Source of the DNA: Harriotta raleighana
Lineage: Eukaryota
Assembly: GCA_050575255.1 (NCBI GenBank)
Contig: JBNZDD010013649.1
Location: 1,752,487 to 1,816,486 of the forward strand
Direction: 5' to 3'
DNA: 64,000 nt
Shown here: in pieces, positions 48,291-61,881 of the stretch
How the letters are laid out: each line of letters starts with the position of its first letter
How positions within the stretch are numbered: position 1 is the stretch's first letter
Made by a program: the position numbers and the translations under genes
The notes under the pieces: model-generated
Database searches by the model: none
What the model was told of the DNA's origin: nothing
Seen by the model: the letters and a program-made list of their open reading frames with translations, nothing else

Positions 48291-50099
48291 GATTCGATTA
48301 TAATCCACATGAACAGCACTGAAAAAGGTCTTTCCTCCATTACTGTTCATTTCTCTCCCCTTACAATACAATAGCACTCAGGTCTCCACTTGCTGTTACT
48401 CGACTGGATGTTATCCAATAAGCTGTGGCGTTGGGACACCCTAAATCAGACTGCTTTGAAGTCTTTTCCTCACCGCTTTTGTATGCCAGCCCCTAATACA
48501 TTTTCTGCACTAGTTCCAACAATGCCTTGAGGGTTTTTTTTCTGAAGAATGCAAACAAGATCAGTACTGTTAGGTTTGTAATATTCAGCAGATAATTAAA
48601 TAGCAAAATGGGGTCCTTTGCTGGGACTCTTCCTGTTCCCAGTGTGCACAAGTGACCTGGATTTGCAGCTAGTTCAATTTGCAGATGACAAGCAAGTAGG
48701 GGGTGGAATGTACAGTCAGTTTTTCCATCAGCCAGGTGTCCCTGATACATAGAAAAACCCATCACCATCCAAACCAAACACAGTTCCGTGCATCCCGCCT
48801 ACACACATAGATACTCCCGAGAAGCTTATTGAAATGGAATGCACTCGCTCCTGAGAGGGATGCATTCTGTTTACCTAATGTACTGTATTAGGTAGAGGTT
48901 GACAAGAGCCAAGGCTTAGGGACCCCAGAGTGTGCATTAAGGAGAGTGCTGGATTCCAATCAGTGAAAAACACATTGGCTTCTGTTCCTGTCACACACTC
49001 ACTTGAGGGCTTCTTGGCTGATCAATGCCGAATAATGCTGAGGTATGATTAGGCTTCAGCCTCCCTCTTATTATTTTCAATTAATTAACTGGCCTACACA
49101 TGCGAGTTGGGCAGTGTCAGCAGGTTGTACACCATACAGCGTATGGGAGTCAATCCTTACTCTTGCCACACCCCACGTGCACTTTCCATGGCATGGTCAC
49201 TGGTACACTGCCCTTTACCCTACTTCATGGAATCAGAGAATCTTATAGCACAGAAGGAGGTCATTCAGTCTATCCTTCACTTGAACTTTTTTTGCACTGA
49301 AAGCTTTGAAGCAACCCGCTGCTGCATTCAGGCAACTCAGCACTGACTGTGAGTGGCATTTTCTAAAAGTATTTTGGTTTTATCTAATATTCCAAAATGA
49401 CTGCTTAAGTGCGTGCTTTTGGCACTGAAAAGTAAGGCTTGCTGCGTTTTGGTTCCAAATGGTTTGTGCTTTTCTTTGATTGTCAAAGACCTTTATTATC
49501 TTAAATCATATAAGTGAAATGTATAATTTCACTGACATATGATTTGTAGTTCTGGTTTAAAAATGTGAGGCAGATAATACTCTTACTCTGACACTGCCTA
49601 TTTAACTTTTACAGAATTCTGGAGGTTGGCCTATCGAAAGAAAACTAATGACTTGTTAGGAGTTTTTGGAATGGTTCAAGCTGACATTTTGCTGGTTTCT
49701 ACTGATAAAGGGTTGTCTGGAACCCTGTTCAGAGCCATTTTAGTTATATGAAAGAAGCCGTTCGTTTTGCCTTGAAAGCAAGCTGAGTTTTGCTGAACTG
49801 GTGACCCGAGTTTCAACATTCCCAGACTGCTGCTTCCCTCCCGCACTCACAAAGTGGCAGCCTGTAACCCACTAGTGGGAAGAAGATCTCCTATTAACTA
49901 GTGTGATGTCCCACCCACACACCTTCTGTGAACAAGCGCAGGTTTCATTATTGTAAGCTTTGTTGAAATGCTTGAAAGACCAGTGAAGCTGTTTTGATTT
50001 TGTTTTGTTAATTGAACACCAATTTCTTTTTTTTGTTGTCATTTTTCTCCCGCTTCTCTTGTGTAGGTGCTGACTCATAACTGCTCCACAGTAACATCT

Positions 50100-50420
50100 T
50101 CTATATGTCTACCCTATCAAAACCTTTCATAATTTTAGGGATCTGTATCAGGTCACCCCTCATCCTTCTCTTTTCAACAGAAAAATCTTAAACTTATTCA
50201 GCCTTTCCTGATAGGTACAACCTTGCAGTTCTGGTAATCCTTGTAAATCTCCTTTGCACCTTCTCTAGTGTTATCTTTTCTATAATGTGGGGACTAGAAC
50301 TGCACATAATGCAAGTGTGGTCTAACCAAGATTTGATATAAGTTTAGCAGAACTTCAATGCTTTTTATTTCTCTCCCTAAAAAACACTTGGTTTGTGTTT
50401 TCTATGGTCTTATTAACCTG
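50100..50420 (-). mobile_element. Old CR1 fragment
   Basis: Reverse complement encodes YQERLNKF..FSVEKRRMRGDLIQIPKIMKGFDRVD. Confidence 0.8.
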
Positions 50421-52403
50421 ATACAAACTGATGTGAACCTGATGAGAATACAAACTGTCTTCTCCTGACCTACGAACATATAGTTTCCATCAGAGGATAT
50501 TGAAGAGTTGATTTAGTAGCATATAAATCCAGGTCCCATCTGTCTGTTCAGACGGACATTTAAGAGCTGATGGCGTCCTTGCCAACAAATTCCCAAAATA
50601 AAATTCACTCGCTCCATGGCTGTTTGTGGAACATTGCTGTGCCATATTGGCTGCCATATTTCGCCCACAAAATATAAGTCAATCCTGTGAAGTGCTTTTA
50701 GACATCTCAATGATGTGATAAGGTACCATAATCAAATGTAGGGATTATTATATAATGTTGGCTACATTTTCTCATCTGGTTACACAAGATTATTAAAAAA
50801 CAAGGGGAATTACACCTGAGCCTGTTCCTCAACATCCTCACACACACTTGGCTTCAAAAGCCCTCACAATGCCATTCCGGAATAGGTTCTCTGGCTGAGT
50901 TTTTCTCTCCCTAACCGATGCACACTGAGGCTTTCACTGCTTCCCCAGCTGAGGTCAGCAAATGTAGCACAGGCAGATCTACAAACTGCAACCGTCTGGT
51001 TTTTAGAGCTTTGTACTGTACTACACCACATTCATTCTATTCTTACTACTGTACTTGGATGCTGGATGCTGCTGTTTTGATCAGCACGTTTGGTAGAAAT
51101 TAAAGCATAGTTTTTTCAAATCTTAGATTCGGGCATCAGTTCTGAAAGATTCTGTTAACTGTCGGGCATAAGTTCATTGTAATTATGGATGCCTGATATT
51201 TTTTATATATACATAGAAAAGTAGTTATTATGAAAGCAAAAAATGTTTCTTTTGTGGTCCTCGCAGTTCCATTAATGGCTCTGCGTTTGCAGTAGAATGC
51301 AGTGCTCCACCCAATGCAGAACAGAAGCATATTGTTTGTGTTTAATTTTAGCCCGCTCTTCATTCATTCTTCCCTCCTGTTCAATCAGACTTTTAGGTGC
51401 CACTCCGCACCACAACAGCTGGAGATTTTGTTTCTGACATGCAGATTTCTGTCTTTAAGAGAAAAAAAAACCTCCATGGGCAACTGCCAAGATATAATAC
51501 CATTTGCCCTTTGACAAATGGTGTTTTAATCTGGAGACTGTTCGTTCCATACTGTTCTCTGCTCCACTGTACCAAAATGCCGTTAAGTCAAAAAATAAAG
51601 CCCCTTTTGGCAGAGAGATTGGGAAAATCATTACAAATCCTGTTGTAATGTACTTATTTCAGCTCCACTCTCTCGGTACTCTTCTTTGCCACCTGCTATT
51701 CTGCAACCGGGAGGTCCAGCAAAAGCAACCTGCTCATTGAGAGGAGCCGTGGGAATAAACTGTTAGAACAAAGCTGGTTGTAATGGGGTTCTGACTGCAT
51801 TAGTCAGACACACACAGAGAAAACCTCAGGTCTAGAGTAGTGATACGGTATATCTACAGGCACCAGAACGCCAGCCAAATTATACCTACCTCCTGAGGAG
51901 AGAATGTCATTCTTGTGTGACTGGATTCACTCTCCGCCTGTGAATATGACATCATTGCACTTTACAATAAAATCCTCTGAAATGCTTTGATATTTTTGAT
52001 GATGTGATAACGCACTGTATCAAATGCAAGGATTATTATTATTTTCGCTCAAGCCTCCGATACAGAAGTTCAGTATATGACCAGTAATTAAATAATTTTA
52101 TATTTGATATAGTCTTTTACATTGGAATGATGTCTCAGAGTGGTTTACAATATTTACTGCAAAGTATCATGACTTTGTGTGATATAGGTGAAGGCAGCAG
52201 CCAATTTGTGCACACCAGTGTCCTCACGTATAACCAACCATGAAGTGAGTGAGCAATTTTATTTGGGACTTTGTTGGCCAAGACACTAGGAAAAACTCGC
52301 TTCACTTTTTTGAGTGGAATCTTTAATAATAATCCTTGCGTTTATTATAGCGCTTTTCACGTCTTCTAGACGGCTCAAAGCGCTTCACAGAACAAATGAA
52401 TAG

Positions 52404-52633
52404 ATGAATAGACAGTATATTGTGGGCAAAACGCACTATGCCTTATATGTGTGTATATATATGTACATATAATATCCACCTAAATAGGCAGATGGGACCT
52501 CAGTTTAACGTCTAATNCCAATGAATAGACTGTATATTGTGGGCAAAACACACTATGCCTTATATGTGTGTATATATATGTATATATAATATCCACCTAA
52601 ATAGGCAGATGGGACCTCAGTTTAACGTCTAAT
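52404..52633. other. Probable false tandem duplication (two haplotypes joined at one N)
   Basis: 113-bp units at 52404-52516 and 52521-52633 separated by N at 52517; three substitutions between them. Confidence 0.85.
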
Positions 52634-52875
52634 CCAAAGGACAGCACCTCCAGCAATTCAGCACTCCCCCAGTACTGCATTGGAATATCAAACTAGATTA
52701 TGTGAATTCAAAGTCCTGACCTGGGGCTTGAACCTACAACCATTGGATAGTCATTGTGTTAGACCCGAGCTGGGACAAGGAGGGTGGAGGGAAAGGCAGG
52801 GATTTGGAGTGACTGGTGGGACCTTCGAAGAGGATCAAGAGTTGAAAGTGAAACTGACTGTACTAGGCTGACACA

Positions 52876-53053
52876 TAACAACAACAACAACAGAATTACA
52901 CTTATATAACGCCTTTCACGTCGGGAGGATGTCCCAAAGCGCATAAAGCACCTGAAGCTGTTTGTCAGAGTTTTCTCTGACACAGTGACTGTCCAACGCC
53001 TTGGGACGTCCTCCTGACGTGAAAGGCGCTATACAAATATAAATTTGTTGTTG
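52876..53053. mobile_element. Two oppositely oriented L2-type tails with (GTT)n ends
   Basis: aacaacaac..cgcctttcacgtcgggaggatgtcccaaagcgc (-) and cgccttgggacgtcctcctgacgtgaaaggcgctata..ttgttgttg (+). Confidence 0.85.
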
Positions 53054-54914
53054 CTTACCTTAGATTGGTTAGTCTAGATGTATCATGTCTTTGAGACGTA
53101 TTCAAAAATGTTGTCAGACATGAAGAGCATAATTACCCAGGAATAGCAGTTACAAGTATGTCACCGCAGATTGAACTGTGGAAAATGAAACATGGATTCA
53201 ATTAACCAAACCAAAGTTGCCCTCTCCTCGGCCTGACCAAGCCTTTCACTAGCATTTGGCAGCAACAATAGAAATTCTTACGGCTCCCTTTGCCAGGAGC
53301 CACCCAGTGTTGCCTTAAACTTTCCCGGGTTTACTCACAGCATTGTAATGTGTTGTGTGCTTGTACAGAAACGTACAGCTTCAGAACGGACAGAAGTGGA
53401 ATTTGCAATTGCCACACTGTTGAATTTCTAATTGCTCTGTTTTTCTTCTTTTCTTTCTCCTCTAATGGAATTTTCTTCAATACTCCCTGCAAGATACTGC
53501 CTTAATTTGACAAAGAATTCCCCTGAGTTCGGCCAATATTGATTGCTATCCTCCAGTCTTTCAAATTCTCTACTATTTAGACGTATTTCTTTGTCCATGC
53601 TTTGAGCTGTCTTTCGTTTCCCACCCCCAGCATGGGTGGGGTGTCCAGCCAGCTGTCTTAAGTGCTTTGGGACATCCTGCTAACATGAAAAACGTTGCAT
53701 AAATATGAATTTGCATTATGTTGTATCATTTGTTAAGACCGACTGCTGTCTTGCAAGCTTGTGGCTGCGCTGATTTCCGAGATGCGGTTGACTCGAGGGG
53801 AAAACAGCATCGATAATCATGCAATTCATCTTGTTTATACCTGCCAAAACTTCCTCTTCTTTAAAAGGTCGGCATTGTGCGTGTGGTCAGTGCACTGTGA
53901 CAGAGATACGAGCAGATTTCACCTGGTGATGTGCGGTCTGTGATTTGGTTTGCTTCAGTCTTGTCTGTGCACATATGGCATCGTTGGCGAGGGGCCATCT
54001 TGCCTGCGTCAGCTTCAGCCACGCCACTGGGATTGGCAGGGGTGCCCAGGAGAACCTACCGTGCATTCCTTTATCGGAGAGCACAAACGTCATTTTAAAT
54101 GATGTGAAAATTGAACAGGACTTTGGAGGGAGTGGAGAGAGAAACCAGACAGAGAAATAGGGACTGGACAAATTTTGTCTGTTAATAATAATCATTGCAT
54201 TTGATTATTTGCACCTTATCATGATATTGAGATGTCTCAAAGCGCTTCACAGGGTATACTGTAGAGTGGTTTGCCTATATTTTGTGTGCCAGAAGCACAT
54301 ACTTATACGTTATTAGTTTCTTGCCATAATTTCTAAGGGGAAATTGGCTTGCCATGTTCGACTACAAATAAACAGTTGCTACACTTTACAGTAAAATCCT
54401 ATGGGCTGCTTTGAGACATCATGACACTGCAAAAAGGTACCATATCAAATGCTAGGATTATTATTAATATAGTAAGTTAATAATTAATTTTGGCTGTTTT
54501 TACCTTTAGGCTGTAGAAGAATGAAAAGTATGGTCAGACTTATCTTTCACCCCTGATACTTACTGGCTTGCAATCCTTCGCAGGATTCTTTCTTTCACAG
54601 CAACATTGGTGGGTAGGAGGGTGGGGGCAGAGTCGATGCTGTCACTTTTTCCAAACAAAAATCTATTCGACAAAAGCTTGAAGACGGGAAAAGCTGTGTG
54701 CCATTTTCATAATGGCCATGGGTTAAATTGTCACGTCATTTGTACAGAACCCGCTGAGAAAATTGTGTTTCACAACCACAATTTGTTTTCATTTGGACAG
54801 TGCGTGCCCCTTTCAGTGGTGTGAGTTCTGCAAGGCTCCATTAATGCCCCACAATCTGAATTGCATACCAATTTATAATAATTGGTTAGCTGCATGCTGA
54901 GCTCCAAGGAGGGA

Positions 54915-55135
54915 CAGTCTATGATGCACAGTGGGTTAGCACTTTTCACTTCAGGGAGCTGGGTTACAAATCAGCCCAGGCTCTCCTCTCCTGTCGGGTG
55001 TAACCGTCCAAACTGAAATAAGTTGTGGCACTTTTAACCCTGTTCCAAATGGAAGCGGCCACGGTCTGATACCTAATTGGTAATTTCTCTGAGAGGCAGC
55101 AAGGATGCCTGGTGCAGGAAGTAGAAATGTCACTC
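54915..55135 (+). mobile_element. Ancient SINE resembling LF-SINE
   Basis: Colinear blocks ctttcac.tc.gg..ctgggtt..aa..cagcccagg, tgaaat.agttg, ctaattgg and gagagg..caagga resemble the LF-SINE consensus as recalled. Confidence 0.45.
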
Positions 55136-55359
55136 TAGTTCAATCTGCTAGTTTATGCTTCCACCCATGTTAAGTGAAGTAGTGGGAATACACTTCTGTT
55201 GGACTGCTGTTCCTCATTGTACAAACTTAATTTTTTTAAAAAGACCTACCCATCGTCACTGACCCACCCCTGCGCAGCCAAGCTAAATAGCAACTCGGTG
55301 GCCGAAGATCACTTCAGGTTTGGGAGTTTGACCTCAGGGATTTAGCTGATAATCCACTC

Positions 55360-55750
55360 CGTGGGGGGAGCATGGTGTTGTTGGAGGGGCTGTACTTCAG
55401 ATGAGACATTAAATTGAGATCCCATTTGCCTGTTCCTTCACCTTCTTCCGCCTCCCCTGGGCGTTATTGGGAAGTGCTCTGAGATGCCGTTCAGCGTGGA
55501 GGGCGCTATATAAACCCAAGTTGTTGTTGTTGTTCCAGTGGATGTTAGGTATCCTGTGGTACTAATCAAAGAGAGAAAGGAGTTTCTTCCATTGACCTGG
55601 AGCAACAATCCTGCAGATAAAATTAGTCGTTCAAAGTGGCAGCTGTGTTTGCCTACAAAATGCATAGTCACAACAGTAAACCCCTGTGAGGTGCTTTGAG
55701 ACATTCTGATAAAAGTGATGAGGCCTGATATTAAATACCAGGTTATTATT
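55360..55750 (+). mobile_element. Deu-domain SINE with a nested 100-bp (GTT)n-tailed insertion
   Basis: Deu-like sequence is interrupted at tgttcc (55431-36) and resumes after tgttcc (55531-36). Confidence 0.75.
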
Positions 55751-57249
55751 GCACCTGTAAGTGTAAAACCAGGTAAACAACGTATTTTTACAATAACATT
55801 TATTGATGTAATTGGAGTGACTTCAGGGCTGGGTTTGAGACACCTGGTTAGGCACTTTATTTTTACACAACATCCAAATTATATAAAGCAAACAAAGCAC
55901 TACATTTTTATGATGTACTGGTAGCCTCAGCAAGGTAGTTCTTTCAACCTGGCCTCCAATCCTCCAGATTAATCGGAGTTTGCCTTCTAGCAGTCACTCG
56001 GACTTTACTACCTGCAAAATAGCTCCGCTGTTTGCCTACAAATACAGTCACTGTAATTACTGTTTGCACAAAACACTCACTGCACTTTACAGTTTATCCA
56101 GTATTCATGGTAAAGAAGTGCTTTGGGACGTCCTCCCGATGTGAAAGGCACAATATTAAACATATCAAAAGTAGTATTATCGTTATTATTATCATGAAGC
56201 AATTTGAGACTTTCCAGTGTTAATCTGTTGTTTCATTCTTTAATGATTCCTATTCTGTTATATTTGGGACGTATATTTAGAGTCTGCTCTGCCTCTCGGT
56301 AGCCAATACAAATGACTGCCGGCAGCACCCCTGTCAGAGTTTGCAAGACATATCTGCTTGTTAGAGTTGATTCCAACAGTACCCTGTTGTTCTGCCACTA
56401 ACATACAAACAAAATGTAAACTCGTTTACCTTAAGTAATCACTACTCAAAGACCTTTTCAGTACTCCACTGAGACCTATACAAGATACGGTGAGCTAATG
56501 CGGAATGTAACTGCCTGAATGCTAAGTGTATTATTAGCTTTGTGCATCCTAATGTACATACTGTATCTTACATTATCTAATCTATGGTGTTCTGCAAAAG
56601 TGTAATGATGTGCTTATGAGCCAGGAGGTGAGCCCTAACTAGCAATTAATGTGCACCACAGTTAGTTTGCGAGGTGAATAATCCGAGGGCACTTTGAGCC
56701 TTCTGAGCCCCTAAATCCTTTCCAGCATTTAAATCCTTGTCTCGTTCCAAGTATCTGCAAATAAATAGTTGAGAGTCATCTTGTCACAGCAGCAAAAAAT
56801 TGCACTCACCTTGGGTTCTTTCCCGCAGGATGAATAATAATCCTTACAGTTGATATAGCACCTTTCAAATCCCTTTCAGAAAGTCTCATAGCGCTTTACT
56901 GGATTTATGGTAAAGAGTATCCAAATCAGGTCTGGAACAGATGAACGCACACTCTTCCAAGAGAGACGCATCACGCTTACCTCATACCAGTTCTCTAACT
57001 TTAGTTAGATTTTAAAATGCATAGTTGAAAGAGTTCCTGCTCCCAGTGAATAATTTTTACCTGGTTACTGGATAGCGTATTATTATATGAGGAAGTGTGC
57101 ATTAATAATCCTTGATTTGATATGGTGTCTTAGCATGTTGTTGAAATGTCTCAAAGTGCTTCACAGAATATACTGAGAAGTGGATTGCCTGTGTATTTTG
57201 TGTCATTGGTACATTTTTAATATGAAATGTCTTGTCATTGAAGTGTAGA

Positions 57250-58036
57250 ATCCTTGATCATTACATTTGAAACGGCATCATTCATGTTGGAAGGATGCAG
57301 TTTACAGGATTTTATTGTAAATTGTAGTGGATTTTGTTGACTAGTTGGCCAGCCAATTGTCATCCAGCAATATACCACAGACAACCATGAAAGTGAATGA
57401 CCAATTTTATCTGCGAGAATATTGGGTAGGATACAGGGAGAGAGAAATTCCCTTTTCTTTTTGAATAGTGCCACGGGATCTTTTAACATCCACCAGAACG
57501 GACAGAGAGAACCTTGGATCAAAGTGTCAACAGAAGGATAGCAACTCCTCACTAATTATAGTACATTACAGAATCACATGGGCCATTCAGCCTATCTGTT
57601 CCATACTTCCCTGTCAGCCATGACTCTCGGTTCAGAGTTCCTTCTACCAACCTCCCACTCCTCCATTCAGCAGGCTCCAGTCTGCTCCTTAACCCCAGCT
57701 CGACCTGCCTTACCATCAGTTCCTGGGCTTTCAGCCTCTCTGCCCCCACACTCCATCTCACAGTCCCTTTGCCTTGTTTCCTCCTTCGACTCTTCAAGGC
57801 TCATCTCAAGACCGTGCTTTTCAATCGTGCCTTCAACTGCCCTTCCATATCTCTTACTCCCCTCTTCTCTACCCTGTCCCTCCCCCATGCTTGGGTCCCG
57901 ACCCCTGACTGTTCAGAGGGCGTCCTCCCAACGTGGAAGGCGCTGTGTAAAATGTAATTATTTTCTTGTGGTGGGACTGAATCACACAGCCTTCTGATTC
58001 TGAGGTGAGAGTTCTGCCAATGTGAGCCAAGCTGAC
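57250..58036 (-). mobile_element. Deu-domain SINE (-) split by an L2 3' fragment (+, about 57610-57960)
   Basis: gaatagtgccacgggatcttttaacatccacc segment and head ccttctgattctgaggtgagagt flank L2 sequence (FKAHLKTVLF plus tail). Confidence 0.75.
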
Positions 58037-61000
58037 AGGCTGAATGTAGACATTCGGGATATTGGAAGGGAAAAACAATTAGCAGCTAAATGCCCGTTGT
58101 GCAGATTTGGGGTGTCAGCATCTGCATTTTTTGATCTTACACTGTGTGATTAACTGAACTCCTGACTCCATTAGTATGTGACTCCTGTGATCAGGTTTAA
58201 TCTAGACCCACATTAAAATTTTTGATTTGCTCACTCTTGGTGACAAGCCTGTGCTAAATATTCATTACAATCCTCTTGATTAAACATGATCATGAATGTT
58301 GCTGCCTTTTATTTGTGCTGAAATCTCTAGCTGACCTGCATTATTCAGATTGCAATTCGAAGAACTATCTCACACATCCGATAGCCATCTCACTGAATTT
58401 TAATCAGTATACAGTTGGCATGTTTTATTTAGCAGATGTAAATATATTTCAAGCTCATTTATTGGCTTCTTTCTAAAGAGCCGGGTTGTAATTTCCTGCA
58501 GCAAATAATGTTCGATTGCAGTTTTGTTTGCTAGGAAATTCAAGACTTATTAACGTTGATGGGTTTCTGATCCTCATCTGTCCTCTACTCATCACTCTTT
58601 TGTGTTGAAAAAATACTGTAATGTACCATCTATTAGAAAGTGTCTTGATAAATAATCCTTGCATTATAATATGGGACAGTATGTTCTTTGATATGTTCTT
58701 TGAACGGGCACAGATGGTACCTCGATTTCACATTTCATCCAAAGTGCTGCCTGGAGTTTGTGATTCCAACATCTCCAGCAGTTTGCTGGAATATCAGCCG
58801 AGACTGTGAGTTCAAAGGCCTGAAGTGGGGCTTAAATACACAATCTTTTGACTCACAGGCGAGAGTGCTGACATTTGGCATCTGGACCTGGAGCTGAAAT
58901 ACTTGAATTCGCATTATTTTCCCTTGTAGAGTTTCATAAGGACAATGGGAATCGTCGAACATCAAGTAAACTAGAGGAGGCGGCTTTAAGGGAGTTCACT
59001 CACCAAAGCCAAGATCAAAGATAGACTTTTTAAGGTGGGGGTTTAAAGGCGGAGCGAGAGCGCAAGAGGAAGTGTGAAAGGGTGGATTTTCCCTTTCTCT
59101 GTCCTTGCTCGGTGGATCTTCCCTTCTTTTGGTGATGACCCGATTTCTTTGACGAGATGTTATGAGAGTGGTACCAACTGAGCCAGGCTGATACCTGGCA
59201 TGTAGAGGATCAGACAAGACGAGGAATTGATGGGATTGTACATGTTTGATAGCAGCAAAGATTTGCTTTGGTTTGCTGGATTACTAATTGATTATGACAT
59301 TAACTTTAACAGTGGTGAATTTCTTGAGCGTAGCATAGGTCTCCCTTATAATTTAAAACTATATCAAATATTGATGTTATTATTGAAACCGATTGAAGGG
59401 AGATGGTACATGCATTTGTGTAATAGCTATCGTGCACCTGAACATGAGCACTTTTGTTGAATAATGCATTTTAGGATTACTTCAGACACTCATTCTACCC
59501 CATGCCTAAACTAATCGTGACATACATTATTCACTCATAGTGCACGCATTCTCCATTATTGTTGCTTAATTTCATTTGACGGATAATGTGTGACATTTTG
59601 TCTGTTTATCTCTGGATTATATTTTCCAGCCTAGAATTTAGAATCATAAGTGTAAACAAACAAGAATTAAAGCAATGTTTGATTTGAACACCCAGTGTTC
59701 AGTTACAACCTCCGCCTCAATGAAAACAATGTTAAATGTCTTTGAAACAAAGTCTCTTAATTCTAGATGCAACCTTACAACTCAGTCCCGTATCTATCAT
59801 GCTGCTCGTTCATAGCGCTTTGGATAAAATTTTATGTTTCTCTTTGATATCAGTTGAGAAGACTTAGGGAGTGTAGTTCTTCCCCTTCACCCCCATTTAT
59901 TCGCCTTGGCACGTCCTCCCGACAAACTAGACAAATGTAATTTTGTCGTAGTTGTTGGTGTTGTACTTCTGATGTCTCCTCTACCCTCTTCCTCTGGAAT
60001 ACATTTGATTTCCTTGTTGTTCCATTGTGGGACCGTTGTGTAGATGCTGGGCATTTTGCCCTCCTTTACCCATAAACTTGAGAGTGCCATTGATTATTTC
60101 CTGGGGGTGGGAGGGTGGGAAGGGGAGGAGATGCTACGCAGGCAGGCAGGTTCAATGCTCTCCAATGCCCATATAAATACACCGCCCACACTCACACAAG
60201 AGCCAAAACGTGGGAACTCCAGTCCAGACTGTACATTGGGGATTGTGAATGCTGAAGTTTAACAAACTATATAATTGCCAGTTCAAATACTGCCTGGCAA
60301 ACTTCTCTCTGCTTATTCAGCCAGCCCTTCCCAGAACACCTATGGCTGTGTTGCAACAAATACTGTACAATAAATTGCACCGGTTATTTTTAAAATTCTT
60401 GTTTATTCTGGAGGGCGTTTTGTGATGTAGGCTAACTGGGAAATTCAGACCTTCGAACAGTTTGTGCTCTATATAGCGTGGTGAAAAGGGATGATTTATG
60501 TAGGGTAACAACTAGTTGAAGTAATTGGGTCAGTACTTATCACAATTTTTTTGCTGGGGTGGCAACACGGTGGCATTGGGCCAGACATAGTACAACACTG
60601 CAATTCCCCAGTGACCCGGTGGATAAAGCCAGAGCTCAGTTTGGCACCAAGTTTTGGAGAGCAGAGGTTGCAAGTTCGATTCCTGTTCTGATGGTCACAG
60701 ACAATCGTCTTTCTCTAGATCACTAGACAGTTATCTGCTGGAAGGTAAGCGAGGACAAGCCTGTGATTCTTTCTTCTCCCCACCCCCACAGATGAATACC
60801 CTGGCAACACTCATAGACATGAATAATGGATGCTTAGGTGAGGTGGCACATGGCCGTCAATACTATAGGAGATGAACATACAATCTTACTATCGCTTCCA
60901 GCCTTCTTTCTTATGTGCAGAAAGCCAGTCAGAACCAGGAATGTACTACGCCTCCTGTATACAGTATAGCACTCACAATGTGATTATCAAAAACAGACCG

Positions 61001-61059
61001 GACCACAGCGTGTTATAATGTTATTTTAATAACATTTTATTATTATTTTGGACAGGGCC

Positions 61060-61370
61060 AAATGTTAGGCAAGTTTCCTTACTCTGCACGTCTCTTTTTA
61101 CCTTGCAGTAAGTAGTAACCTAGTTGTTAGTCAATTGGCAGAGTGTTTACTGGAGGTAATAATCCCTTCACAAAAAAAAACATAATTTGATCACTCAGTC
61201 CTAGACTATTGTGGGACACTGCTATGTGCAATTGGCTGTCATGTTTCACCTACAATATACAGTCAATTCACTTTTCTTGTGACAGTATCTTCTGTGAAGT
61301 ACAGTACTTTGATACATCTCAATGACGTGATAAGGCATTATATCAAATTCAAGGATTATTATTATCATTA
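61060..61370 (+). mobile_element. Headless SINE, long subfamily
   Basis: ggcaagtttccttactc, the extra module gcagtaag...gttgttagtc.attgg, body and tail. Confidence 0.85.
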
Positions 61371-61881
61371 TAGGTCTTAAATCTGCAACCTTCTGACTCA
61401 GAGGTGAGAGTGCTACTAACCAAGCCAGTGTGACAAACATGCATTGAACATTTTGAAAGCTGAGATGTTTTCTCTGAGTTTAGCTTTGAAAGTCAATTTG
61501 TCCAATGGGATCACACTCTGTGGGTGAGGGGGGAATCTATTTCTCTGCCAAGCTGGAGATGGAGAACTGCCATTGATTTAATGTTCTGTGTGGAAAAAAA
61601 TAATTGCAAATGCATCCCATTGATCTCAATCAAATTGTATAATAACATCACAGTCTTATACTTAATCCAGAAAAATGCATTTATCAATATAGAATGTTTG
61701 TCTCTTACATTATGTATCATTAACACACTCTATATCGTGCAGTTTTGTGCACCTTTCCTGCAATGTACTGAGACAGGCTATTGCTCAGAGATGAGATGAT
61801 TGTGTCCTCGGGCTCTGCGGCAGTGACTTGCAAAATGCACTTGTTCCAAAACAGAAACTGTCCCTTGGTGTGGATCCTGTC

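Noticed and set aside
49108-49170. miR-34-like sequence ggcagtgtcagcaggttgt
   Set aside because: It has an indel and a mismatch versus miR-34a, the star arm pairs poorly, and the surroundings resemble an old dispersed repeat also seen near 12840-12990 and 40510-40590.
53760-54195. GC-richer block with overlapping ORFs on both strands
   Set aside because: No recognisable protein motif in the frames examined; it may be regulatory, but a CDS call is unsupported.
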